Positions 1 through 8,594 of a stretch of DNA of 64,000 bases are shown piece by piece. Each line of letters opens with the position of its first letter. Position 1 is the first letter of the stretch. Made by a program: the position numbers and the translations under genes. Where the stretch lies: the IMG/VR virus record IMGVR_UViG_3300017917_001123, positions 124,001 to 188,000 of that record; one strand, 5' to 3'. Below the pieces are notes generated by a model that was not told where the DNA came from, did no database searches, and worked only from the letters and a program-made list of their open reading frames with translations.

Positions 1-1
1 C

Positions 2-1222
2 CTTAAAACGCAAATGAAGGACACAAAAGATGCGATTACAGCAGAGTCTGCTCGCATTGAAGCTGTAAAAAATGCCAACGAAAACGTTCAAAAAAGCATT
101 GATAGCCTAAGTATCAAGAGTTCTGCTTGGGAAACTAAGAAAGAAGAAGAGCTAGAAAGGCTAGGCAAGGCAATTTTAGAATTAAGTTCTGTGGACATTG
201 ACGCAGAAATTAAACTACATGAAGAACTTAAGGCATGGTCTGACAAGAACAGTAAAGTTAAAGAGCTTACAAAACAAAAAGCGACTTTAGAGTCGGCGGT
301 CGGGCAAGCAGAAAAAGCAGTTAAGAAATACGAAAAAGAATTACTCCAACTTGCTGATAAAAAGTGCCCAGCATGTGAGCAAGAGCTTCACGATCATAAG
401 CATGAAGACATGCTGTCAAAGGCAACCAAGGACTTTGATGACGCAGTAATTTACTTTGACAAGGTTACCAAAGACTTTAAGAAAGTTGAATCCGAGTTCA
501 ACGAAGTAAACAATTTAGGCAAAAAGCCTATTACATTCTACGAAACACTTGAAGAAGCGTACAATCACAGAAACAACCTTGCTAACTTAGAGCAAAGCCT
601 AGAAGATACTATTAACAGAGCTAACCCTTACGTGGAACAAGTTAACGAGCTTAAGGCAACTGCTATTCAAGAAATTACTTGGGACGTAATTAACGAACTT
701 ACTAGAATTAAGGAACACCAAGAATTCTTACACAAACTGTTGACTAACAAAGATTCGTTCATCCGCAAGAAAATTATTGACCAAAACTTGAATTATCTAA
801 ACAAGCGTCTAAGCTATTACATTGACAAGATCGGACTGCCACATACTGTTGTGTTCCAGAACGACCTAAGTGTGTTGATTACTCAACTTGGACAAGAGCT
901 TGACTTTGATAATCTAAGTCGAGGAGAACGCAATCGATTAATTCTATCCCTGTCATGGGCATTCCGTGATGTTTGGGAGAACTTGTATCAACACGTTAAC
1001 TTACTATTCATCGACGAGCTTATTGACGCTGGTATGGATGCGGCAGGTGTTGAAGCAGGATTGGCTGTGCTTAAGAAGATGGCTCGTGAAAGAAACAAGA
1101 ACATATACTTGATTTCGCACAAAGACGAGTTAATTGGTCGTGTTAACAACGTGCTTCATGTTGTTAAAGAGAACGGATTTACCAGTTACTCAAATGATGT
1201 GGACTACGTTGAGTCGCAATGA
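2..1222 (+). CDS. gp46: Recombination endonuclease ATPase subunit (gp46/SbcC/Rad50-like), 5'-truncated by the window edge
   Basis: Coiled coil with zinc-hook CPAC, ABC signature LSRGE, Walker B LLFIDE and ISH motif. The frame is open from base 2 and Walker A is absent, so the gene starts upstream. Confidence 0.92.
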   Translation, partial: LKTQMKDTKDAITAESARIEAVKNANENVQKSIDSLSIKSSAWETKKEEELERLGKAILELSSVDIDAEIKLHEELKAWSDKNSKVKELTKQKATLESAVGQAEKAVKKYEKELLQLADKKCPACEQELHDHKHEDMLSKATKDFDDAVIYFDKVTKDFKKVESEFNEVNNLGKKPITFYETLEEAYNHRNNLANLEQSLEDTINRANPYVEQVNELKATAIQEITWDVINELTRIKEHQEFLHKLLTNKDSFIRKKIIDQNLNYLNKRLSYYIDKIGLPHTVVFQNDLSVLITQLGQELDFDNLSRGERNRLILSLSWAFRDVWENLYQHVNLLFIDELIDAGMDAAGVEAGLAVLKKMARERNKNIYLISHKDELIGRVNNVLHVVKENGFTSYSNDVDYVESQ

Positions 1223-1458
1223 TAAACAAGTACAAAGAACTTCACGAAAAACTAGTTGAAAAGTTTGTCGAATATCACAACGTTCATACTGCGTGGGTTC
1301 TTAGATTCTCGCAGGAGAAAACCATTACCCTGCGTCGAGTCTTAAGCGAGCTTCGCGTAATTGAAACTGAGTTACGAGCAGTAGCAAAAGAGATACAGCG
1401 TGAAGAAACAAAACGCAAACGTCAAAAATGGAATAGAGAAAAAGGAGACTCAGAATGA
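1219..1458 (+). CDS. Hypothetical helical protein, 79 aa; possible diverged paralogue of the downstream Hc1-like protein
   Basis: ATGA overlaps with both neighbouring genes; amphipathic helical pattern with a basic C-terminus. Confidence 0.7.
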   Translation: MINKYKELHEKLVEKFVEYHNVHTAWVLRFSQEKTITLRRVLSELRVIETELRAVAKEIQREETKRKRQKWNREKGDSE

Positions 1459-1649
1459 GCGCAACCATTGAAGCAATCAAACAAGCACTTTCCGCATGGG
1501 AAGCCGAGGATACTAAATTTGAAAAAGGCAACAATGCCGCAGGTACTCGTGCTCGTAAGGCATTAGCAGAAGTTAGCAAACTAATCAAGCAACGTCGAAA
1601 CGAAATCACAGAAACTAAGAATGCCCGCAAGGAAGCTAAAGCAGGGTAA
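1455..1649 (+). CDS. Small basic histone H1-like (Hc1-family-like) protein, 64 aa
   Basis: KGNNAAGTRARKAL closely resembles the GNKAAGTRARK core I recall for Hc1-family proteins; SD GGAG upstream. Confidence 0.7.
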   Translation: MSATIEAIKQALSAWEAEDTKFEKGNNAAGTRARKALAEVSKLIKQRRNEITETKNARKEAKAG

Positions 1650-2074
1650 TGACTTGGTTCTATCAAGGAACCGTTGTTAATGAGCTACCTGAAGATTGTG
1701 TTGGATTTGTCTACATTATTACGAACACAATCTCAGGTCGCAAATACATCGGAAAGAAATTAGCAAAGTTTTCAAAGACAACTTATAAAGTAGTCAAGCT
1801 AAAGAACGGTACAAAGAAGAAGAAAAAAATTCGTAGTAAAGTAGACAGTGACTGGCAAGAATATTACGGCTCATCCCCAAACCTCACAGAAGACATACAG
1901 AAACTAGGCAAAGAACACTTTCACAGAGAAATTTTACACTACTGCACATCAAAAGCACAAACATCATATCTCGAAGCCAAAGAACAATTTGAACGCAAAG
2001 TTTTAGAAACAGAAGATTACTATAACGGACACATACAAGTCCGTGTACATGGCTCACACATCCTAAAAAAATAA
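1649..2074 (+). CDS. Stand-alone GIY-YIG nuclease-family protein, 141 aa
   Basis: GFVYIITN...RKYIGKK motif, downstream YLEAKE (Glu) and YYNG (Asn); TAATG coupling with the upstream gene. Confidence 0.85.
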   Translation: MTWFYQGTVVNELPEDCVGFVYIITNTISGRKYIGKKLAKFSKTTYKVVKLKNGTKKKKKIRSKVDSDWQEYYGSSPNLTEDIQKLGKEHFHREILHYCTSKAQTSYLEAKEQFERKVLETEDYYNGHIQVRVHGSHILKK

Positions 2075-2542
2075 GGCACAGCAACAGTATAGGCTCGCAC
2101 CGGCTAACATCGGGTGCCTAGCGACAACCCACGTTTAAGGTGGGGGACGGAAGACTCTGCGCTGTACAGAGCACTCAGCAACTATCCTTAACCGGACGAC
2201 GATCGCAAATGCCGCGGTTTTGCTGTTTGAATAGAGTGAACATGAGCTAAAATGATGTGGAAACTAACAATAACCACACCTTATACTACTATGTTAGCGT
2301 ATAGCAGTATAAGCGCCGTTGTGATAAGACGGGGATGGAGGTACCGGACAACCGCCTCTGCTAAAGACCCTAACGCTAAGTGACTTGCCGTACTCGGATA
2401 ATGTCCTTTTCTTAGCCCTTAACGGGCTAAGTGTGACCATTAGTATCTGGATAATAGTTAAAACACTTCGTGTTAGTATCAAGTTAAAGAATAGTGCTTC
2501 TGAGCGTTAGCGAAAGAAGCAAACGAGCTTTAGCTCGTTTTT
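2075..2542 (+). ncRNA. Putative large structured non-coding RNA (~470 nt), family unassigned
   Basis: No credible ORF. At least 9 stem-loops, e.g. CCCAC/GTGGG 2128-2144, CTCTG/CAGAG 2155-2171, CTTATACT/AGTATAAG 2280-2312, CTTAGCCC/GGGCTAAG 2411-2431, GCTTC/GAAGC 2496-2520. Ends in a terminator-like hairpin. Strand inferred from the upstream operon and T-tract. Confidence 0.6.
2521..2542 (+). terminator. Intrinsic terminator
   Basis: AAACGAGC-TTTA-GCTCGTTT followed by TT. Confidence 0.7.
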
Positions 2543-2545
2543 CAA

Positions 2546-2553
2546 TATAAATA
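2546..2553 (+). promoter_or_regulatory. T4-type late promoter TATAAATA
   Basis: Exact T4 gp55 consensus 31 nt upstream of the ATG at 2585. Confidence 0.8.
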
Positions 2554-2584
2554 AAAACATTAACTCCACATAAGGATAAGTGTT

Positions 2585-3244
2585 ATGCGTATTCAAGATT
2601 TATTAGTAGAAACAAGTTTAAGCGAAACTCAATTAGATGAACTTAATGTTGCTCAAGGCATTGGGAAATTCGCGAGAGGCGCAGGAAAAGCCGTAGGTGG
2701 AGTTCAAGGGGCATGGAGCGGTGCTAAACAAGCATTTGGACAAGCACGTCAAACAACAGCTCAAAACGTACAACAAGCAGTATCGGGTCAGGCCGCTCCG
2801 CAACAAGCACCGGCACAACAGGCTCCTGCTCAAACACAACCAGGACAACCTGCCGCTCAAGTTGCTCCTGCTCAACAAGCACCAGTGGAACCTGCTCAAC
2901 AAGCGGCACCAGCAGATACTACTGCGGTTAATCCAGGTGTTCCAACTAGCGACGAACAAACACCACAGGCTAACCAAACTACAACAAATCCGGCGGCTGC
3001 TGGATCAAGAATTGGTGCTCCTGCTGGTAAACAAGCAGTTGATAACGCAATTAAGACTGTAAGTGCTGTCCGTACAGATCGCAGACAGGGTGTTATTGAT
3101 TATGCTCAACAGAAGCTAGATCAAGCAGAACAAGAATTGCTAGCACTTCGTAAGAACGCAGGTATTAAACAGCAACCACAGCTTCAAGTTCAGCAAGGTG
3201 GTAAAGCTCCTGCTCAAGCTCCGCAACAGCAAGCGGCAGTTTAA
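2585..3244 (+). CDS. Gln/Ala/Pro-rich low-complexity late protein, possibly an internal head protein, 219 aa
   Basis: Late promoter and SD AAGGA; APAQQ repeats; N-terminus MRIQDLLVE...LSE...LDE resembles Glu-specific prohead protease substrates. Confidence 0.7.
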   Translation: MRIQDLLVETSLSETQLDELNVAQGIGKFARGAGKAVGGVQGAWSGAKQAFGQARQTTAQNVQQAVSGQAAPQQAPAQQAPAQTQPGQPAAQVAPAQQAPVEPAQQAAPADTTAVNPGVPTSDEQTPQANQTTTNPAAAGSRIGAPAGKQAVDNAIKTVSAVRTDRRQGVIDYAQQKLDQAEQELLALRKNAGIKQQPQLQVQQGGKAPAQAPQQQAAV

Positions 3245-3417
3245 AAGAACGCAACTCCAGTTTCTTTAGCAGTTTCTAAATTACTTGCGATTATCTTTTG
3301 TATAATCTCAATGTCTTTGCGGTCAATAGATAGCAACTGTTCTATAGTTACACCACCCCGCATAAACCAACTACATCTATAAAGTTCTTCTTTTACGGCT
3401 TCTACTTCTTTTTCCAT
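3241..3417 (-). CDS. gp51-like baseplate/tail assembly protein, 58 aa (absent from the ORF track); probably the C-terminal part of a -1 frameshift fusion with the gp26-like gene
   Basis: Manual translation MEKEVEAVKEELYRCSWFMRGGVTIEQLLSIDRKDIEIIQKIIASNLETAKETGVAFF*; the same frame stays open back to the slippery site at 3471-3477. Confidence 0.75.
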   Translation of the reverse strand: MEKEVEAVKEELYRCSWFMRGGVTIEQLLSIDRKDIEIIQKIIASNLETAKETGVAFF

Positions 3418-3464
3418 CTCTGACGTTAGCTCTAAAATTTCTTCAAAGCTAAGTGGTAGAAGCC

Positions 3465-4331
3465 TTAGACGAAAAAATTTGCAGCGTCAAATACAAAAGG
3501 AACTTCAATTTCGGGCGGTGCGCCCTTTTCAAGCATCTCCGGTGTGCTTTGGAATTTCAATGGAGGCAACGCATTTCTGTCGTTCATTTCTCCGACATGC
3601 TTTTTAACTTTTTCAAAAATTTCTGCGTCACAGCCTCTCATGAATTCGCTGATAAATTCTGGGTTATCAGTTGTACCAGCAGACGATTCAATTTTATAAA
3701 CCGCTCGATTAACCAAATCTAAGGCTTTGGTTGAAATTTTGTCAAACGTTTGCTTAAATGCGTTGAGTTTTACATCTTCTTCAAGGTCTTGGTCACGAAG
3801 AATTGTCATCATCCGCTGTGTTTCAAATTCAGTGATCTGTGTTGTAGACTGTGTTCTGTAGTCAATTGGTTTAACATAGAGAACTAGATCAGGTCGAACT
3901 TCAACGCGGTCTTCCCAAGTAACTGTAGACTGAAGTCTATCAAGTATTTCACGAAGGTTAGCTTGGAAATCCATCGGCCCTTCCATAGTTTCGTGGTTAA
4001 CTTCTAATGTCAAATTCTCACCGTAGGTTGCCATTCTAATTGCTACAAGGATAACATCTAAGTCAATTTGCGGAGCTTCCCAAGCATCGATGATGTTGGG
4101 CATACAACTTTGAATAACATCAACAACACCTTGTCCATTGAGCAGAGCATCTGGAGTTTTAAGAATAATCTCATCTCTAGCAGTCATTGAATACACAGGA
4201 TATTCTCCGTTAATTGTGGGATTTAAACTGCCCTCGCGCCAGTATTTTCCGCCACTTGGTAAAGTGATGTAGACTTTAGGTTGTCTTAACATTGACAACA
4301 GAGGATTTGTTTTAGGTGTGTTTTCTGACAT
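3465..4331 (-). CDS. gp26: gp26-like baseplate hub / tail assembly chaperone, 288 aa
   Basis: LRQPKVYITLPSGG...MTARDEIILKTPDALLNG...DLDVILVAIRMATYGE matches the T4 gp26-like family pattern; adjacent to the tape measure gene; SD GGAG. Confidence 0.75.
   Translation of the reverse strand: MSENTPKTNPLLSMLRQPKVYITLPSGGKYWREGSLNPTINGEYPVYSMTARDEIILKTPDALLNGQGVVDVIQSCMPNIIDAWEAPQIDLDVILVAIRMATYGENLTLEVNHETMEGPMDFQANLREILDRLQSTVTWEDRVEVRPDLVLYVKPIDYRTQSTTQITEFETQRMMTILRDQDLEEDVKLNAFKQTFDKISTKALDLVNRAVYKIESSAGTTDNPEFISEFMRGCDAEIFEKVKKHVGEMNDRNALPPLKFQSTPEMLEKGAPPEIEVPFVFDAANFFV
3471..3477 (-). other. Candidate -1 programmed ribosomal frameshift slippery heptamer T TTT TTC
   Basis: Minus strand reads GCA AAT TTT TTC GTC TAA; the -1 frame (TTT TTT CGT CTA AGG ...) is open for 76 further codons into the gp51-like ORF. 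Confidence 0.7.
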
Positions 4332-4342
4332 TTTTTAACTCC

Positions 4343-4377
4343 GATAAATAGAATGTACGATGGTATGAATATTTATC
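4343..4377. promoter_or_regulatory. Pair of face-to-face late promoters (GATAAATA on each strand)
   Basis: GATAAATA at 4343-4350 (+, towards the tape measure gene) and TATTTATC at 4370-4377 (-, towards gp26-like). Confidence 0.65.
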
Positions 4378-4405
4378 TACCAACATAATCAGGGATTTTT
4401 ATCTA

Positions 4406-6850
4406 ATGGCTCAAGTCGTAAAAGGTTTCATAGCCGATCAACCGGTTGAATTAAACAATGCCGCAACAGAAGCAACGCTGACTGCGATGCTAGCTATTGC
4501 TAAGAAAGATAGCACAATTCTTGCGGCTATGGCTAGGAAAGCCGGTGTAGACGCAGAAGTAATCAAAAAAGCATCTAAAGCATTGGAACAGCAAGCGGCC
4601 GCTGGCACACAAGCAGGGCAAGGATTAGGCAATCTTGTTCCTAAGGCTAATATTTTAGGCGGCTTCTTAATGGACATGGGGCAGTCTGTAATGAAGACTG
4701 CTGGAAACTTAATTGATTTCGGTGATGAGTTATTAGAAGGTAAAGCTCGTGCTAGCGACTTGTTTAAAGCATTTAAAGACTTACCATTAGGTCTTGGTCT
4801 ACTTGCTACAATGTTCCAAAAAGCAATGCAGTATCAAGAACGAAATCTTGATGTTTACCGACAGATCAGCGATACCGGCGCAGGCCTTAATGGAAGTTTA
4901 AACAGTTTAAGAATACAAGCGTCGGGTATGTATCTAACCCTAGACGAGTTTGCTGATGTTATGAAAACTAACAGTGATGTTTTTAGACAGCTAGCAGGTA
5001 ATGCCGGTTCTGGAGCAAAAACATTTCAAGGTATTAGTCAAGCATTGATGAAAAGTCAACTGGGCGACGAACTGTTAGCACTTGGATTTAATTTTACTCA
5101 GGCAAATAATTTAATTGGGTCTTACATTAGAACTAGTGGTGATGGTGTGCGAGCAGGAAAAAATGTAGCAGAAGAACATGCTAGACTTGCTAAAGCATCA
5201 GCACAATACGGTAAAGATTTAGATTTCCTTGCTAGACTAACTGGCGAAAGTAGAGAAGCCGCACAGAAAAAGCTAGAAGAAGCACAAATGGAAACCAGCT
5301 GGCAAATGTTTGTTAACAGCATCACAGATCCTGTTAGAAAACAGAATATTCAGCAGGCATTAATACGAGCACAAGCAACAGGTGATAAAGGCGTTGTCGA
5401 TCTCTTTAAAGCTAGAATGATGAATTTTGCCGGCGGATTTTCTGATGAAGCGGCAACTGTTCAGTCAATGTTCCGCGGCGCATCTGAAATGGTTGAAGGA
5501 TTTGTTAGAATTGGTAACTCTAATATGAGTCGAGAAAAGGCACAAGCTGAGTTAGATAGACTACAGGCTAGAGGTACCGCAATGACAATCAAGGAGCTGG
5601 AAAGCTATAAAAACATTGTTATGGCAACGGGTCAAGGCGCCGAAGGAACAAATAAACAGCTAATGGCAATGCAGGATCTTGCTAACAAGTATAATCAAGC
5701 AGGAAAAAAGAACGAGGCTCAAATTTTACAAAGTATTATCGACGCAAGATCTAAAGGTGATGCTGACGCAAAAGCTGCCGCCGCAGCCGCCCAAAGCGAA
5801 AAACGCATGAAAGAATTAAGCCATCAGGTTAACATGGCTCTATTACCTGTATTAGAACTTTTAGTAGCCGCAGGAAATCGGTTAGTTAAAGCATTTTCGG
5901 AATTTGTCGGTGACAGCGGAATTTTGAAAAAATTATCAAGTGCAATCACTGCTGTGGCGAATTTTATCGACCTTGCGTTTAGAGATCCAGATGCCGCATG
6001 GAATAAAATTTCCTCTTGGTTTAAAGAATTATTAGGTAAGTTCTTTGACGCATTTAGTAAGAGTGCGCTAGGCAGAGCAATGTTTGGTAATCTAGCAGAA
6101 GGACTTCAGCGCGATGCTAAAATTGACGCTATGCGAGCTCTTGATCTAAAACGTTTAGAAGAGCTAGAAAAAAAGACAGAATTAAATCAGGAAGAAAAAG
6201 ACGAACTTCAAAAGATGAAAAAAACAATCGACGAAGGTCGAGTTGCTTTAGGGCAAAAGTTTAGAGAATCTGCTGATGAAGTTGTTGATAGATCTAAAGC
6301 AAGAAATGAAGCAATGGATGAAATTGCTAAGAAATACGGTGTAACTCGTCGAGAAGTTGATGTAGGTTATTCTGAAAGGTTGGGCGGAAATGTAAACCTA
6401 ACGAGAGAATATACAGATCTCATGAATAAAAAAATCGACGAACAAAAAGCTCTCGAAAAACGAATGAAAGATACAGCATCCGGACTCGAAGCTAACAGAT
6501 TTAGAGAGTGGAAACTACAGCAGATGGATCCGGCTAAGGCAAATAGCTTTGCCGGAGGAACCGCAAGTACAGGTAGTCTAATTCGAGATTTTGGAAAAGG
6601 AACTATTGCCGAGCTTCACGGAAAAGAGGCTGTGTTAACTGAAGACCAATTAAAAAATCTTGTGAAAAATTTGGAAAATTCTAAAGGTTTAATGCATGTT
6701 TCTACAGATCCTGAGCTTCAAAAACAGCTCACATCCGCCGTTATAGCCTTAAATAAACAACAAGAGAGAACTAATGTACTACTCGGTAGTATTGCCGATT
6801 ACACAAGAAGAACATCTGAAATGGGCTCTAATAAATTCGCAAGGGTATAA
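4406..6850 (+). CDS. Tape measure-like protein (gp29 analogue), 814 aa
   Basis: Long Ala/Leu/Gln-rich alpha-helical sequence, C-terminal GTIAELHGKEAVLT motif typical of tape-measure-like proteins, adjacent to the tail chaperone-like pair. Confidence 0.7.
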   Translation: MAQVVKGFIADQPVELNNAATEATLTAMLAIAKKDSTILAAMARKAGVDAEVIKKASKALEQQAAAGTQAGQGLGNLVPKANILGGFLMDMGQSVMKTAGNLIDFGDELLEGKARASDLFKAFKDLPLGLGLLATMFQKAMQYQERNLDVYRQISDTGAGLNGSLNSLRIQASGMYLTLDEFADVMKTNSDVFRQLAGNAGSGAKTFQGISQALMKSQLGDELLALGFNFTQANNLIGSYIRTSGDGVRAGKNVAEEHARLAKASAQYGKDLDFLARLTGESREAAQKKLEEAQMETSWQMFVNSITDPVRKQNIQQALIRAQATGDKGVVDLFKARMMNFAGGFSDEAATVQSMFRGASEMVEGFVRIGNSNMSREKAQAELDRLQARGTAMTIKELESYKNIVMATGQGAEGTNKQLMAMQDLANKYNQAGKKNEAQILQSIIDARSKGDADAKAAAAAAQSEKRMKELSHQVNMALLPVLELLVAAGNRLVKAFSEFVGDSGILKKLSSAITAVANFIDLAFRDPDAAWNKISSWFKELLGKFFDAFSKSALGRAMFGNLAEGLQRDAKIDAMRALDLKRLEELEKKTELNQEEKDELQKMKKTIDEGRVALGQKFRESADEVVDRSKARNEAMDEIAKKYGVTRREVDVGYSERLGGNVNLTREYTDLMNKKIDEQKALEKRMKDTASGLEANRFREWKLQQMDPAKANSFAGGTASTGSLIRDFGKGTIAELHGKEAVLTEDQLKNLVKNLENSKGLMHVSTDPELQKQLTSAVIALNKQQERTNVLLGSIADYTRRTSEMGSNKFARV

Positions 6851-6856
6851 TAACAA

Positions 6857-8590
6857 ATGAGTTGGAAAAAATATTTCACACCAGTAGCAACTAATGGACA
6901 GATGAGCCCTATCAGCGGAAGCAACAGTGGAGCAAGCCCAAGCCGTTCAAACTATAGCTCTTATCTTCCAGATGTTTATACCGGTCACCCTAATCGTTTA
7001 GAGCGTTACAGCCAGTACGATACAATGGACGGTGACTCGGAAGTTAATGCGGCCTTAGATATTCTTGCTGAATTCTGTTCTCAAATGAACGAAGAAAACG
7101 GGACACCGTTTGAATTAAACTTTAAAGAACAAGCAACTCCGACCGAAGTTAAGATTCTTAAAAAGTATCTACAACAATGGACAAAGTTAAATCAGTTCCA
7201 TAAGCGTATTTTTAAAGTAGTACGTAATGTATTCAAATACGGCGACAGTTTCTTTATTCGAGATCCAGAAACGCAAACTTGGATCTATGTTGATCCTGCT
7301 AAAGTAGATAAGATTATTGTCAATGAAAGTGATGGTAAAAAGCCAGAGCAGTATGTTATCCGTGATTTAAATCTTAATCTACAAACTCTAGTAGCAACGC
7401 AAATCAATCCAAGTAATCAAAACGCACTACCTGGCGGGCAAACTTACGTCACAGGTGGCGCACAACAACGCGGTATGGTTGGCGGCATTCCACAGCAAAA
7501 CGGAAGCCGCTTTAGCATGAATCAAAACCAATATCCGATTGACGCAAAACACGTCATTCATATTAGTTTGAGTGAAGGCTTAGACAACAATTTTCCGTTT
7601 GGTAACAGCTTATTAGAATCAATTTTTAAAGTCTACAAGCAGAAAGAATTGCTTGAAGACGCTATTATTATCTATCGTATCCAACGTGCTCCTGAGCGTC
7701 GTGTATTCTATATTGACGTAGGTAACATGCCTACGCACTTAGCTATGGGCTTTGTTGAGCGTGTTAAAAACGAAGTTAACCAACGTCGTATTCCTAGCTT
7801 AACTGGCGGTGGAACAAACTTAATCGATAGTAGCTACAATCCATTAAGCATTAACGAAGACTACTTCTTTCCGCAGACAGCAGAAGGTCGTGGATCTAAA
7901 GTTGATGTATTACCAGGCGGTACTAATCTAGGAGAAATTGATGATTTACGCTACTTCACTAATAAACTTTTCCGTGCTTTACGCATCCCTTCAAGCTATC
8001 TACCTACAGGTCCGGATGACGGAGGTAGCAACTTCAATGATGGCAGAGTTGGCACAGCATACATCCAAGAGTTAAGATTTAACAAGTACTGCGAAAGACT
8101 ACAAAGTCTAATGAACGGTGCTTTTGATTTAGAATTTAAGCAGTATCTTACAAACAAAGGTATTAATATAGATCCTAATTTGTTTGATCTAGAGTTTAAT
8201 CCTCCACAAAACTTTGCGGCATATCGTCAAACAGAGATGGACGGATTGCGTATTAATACGTTTGGTAGCATTGTACAAATTCCGTTTATCAGTAAACGCT
8301 TTGCTCTAAAACGATTCTTAGGCCTAAGTCAAGAAGAGATTGCTGAGAATCAAGAGCTATGGGCAGAAGAGAATTTAGACGCAACTGAGCCAGTTAGCGC
8401 AGGCGCAGAGTTACGTGGCGCAGGCATTACAGCAGGCGGCATGAGCAGTGACTTAGATTCATTAGGCGGAGCAGATACTGGTCCTGAAGAATTACAAGCA
8501 GACGGTGATGTTCCAGCCGGTGGAGCGGCAACTGCTCCAACTTCTGGCGCGGCTCCTAGTGCTCCTGCCGGCGGAGCACCGGCAGCATAA
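6857..8590 (+). CDS. gp20: Portal protein, 577 aa
   Basis: LLEDAIIIYRIQRAPERRVFYIDVGNMP, EDYFFP, LPGGTNLGEIDDLRYFTNKLFRALRIPSS are T4 gp20-family hallmarks. Confidence 0.97.
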   Translation: MSWKKYFTPVATNGQMSPISGSNSGASPSRSNYSSYLPDVYTGHPNRLERYSQYDTMDGDSEVNAALDILAEFCSQMNEENGTPFELNFKEQATPTEVKILKKYLQQWTKLNQFHKRIFKVVRNVFKYGDSFFIRDPETQTWIYVDPAKVDKIIVNESDGKKPEQYVIRDLNLNLQTLVATQINPSNQNALPGGQTYVTGGAQQRGMVGGIPQQNGSRFSMNQNQYPIDAKHVIHISLSEGLDNNFPFGNSLLESIFKVYKQKELLEDAIIIYRIQRAPERRVFYIDVGNMPTHLAMGFVERVKNEVNQRRIPSLTGGGTNLIDSSYNPLSINEDYFFPQTAEGRGSKVDVLPGGTNLGEIDDLRYFTNKLFRALRIPSSYLPTGPDDGGSNFNDGRVGTAYIQELRFNKYCERLQSLMNGAFDLEFKQYLTNKGINIDPNLFDLEFNPPQNFAAYRQTEMDGLRINTFGSIVQIPFISKRFALKRFLGLSQEEIAENQELWAEENLDATEPVSAGAELRGAGITAGGMSSDLDSLGGADTGPEELQADGDVPAGGAATAPTSGAAPSAPAGGAPAA

Positions 8591-8594
8591 TTGG

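Noticed and set aside
1649-2074. GIY-YIG gene as an intron-encoded homing endonuclease
   Set aside because: It is translationally coupled within an operon, lacks a C-terminal DNA-binding domain and does not interrupt a recognisable gene.
2140-2535. Identification of the structured region as RNase P RNA or a group I intron
   Set aside because: GACGGAAGACTC loosely recalls RNase P GAGGAAAGUCC and GGATAATGTCC recalls the group I S element. However, the conserved bulged U and other core regions are missing, the putative partner strand is explained by the terminator, and no flanking gene is split.
3453-3722. Plus-strand 89-aa ORF and similar overlaps (1325-1666, 1884-2084, 2294-2482, 2633-3062, 9142-9791, 13474-13662, 55943-56263, 56431-56664, 57729-57935, 59639-59860, 60152-60499)
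   Set aside because: They overlap better-supported genes or the structured RNA, have atypical composition and lack translation signals.
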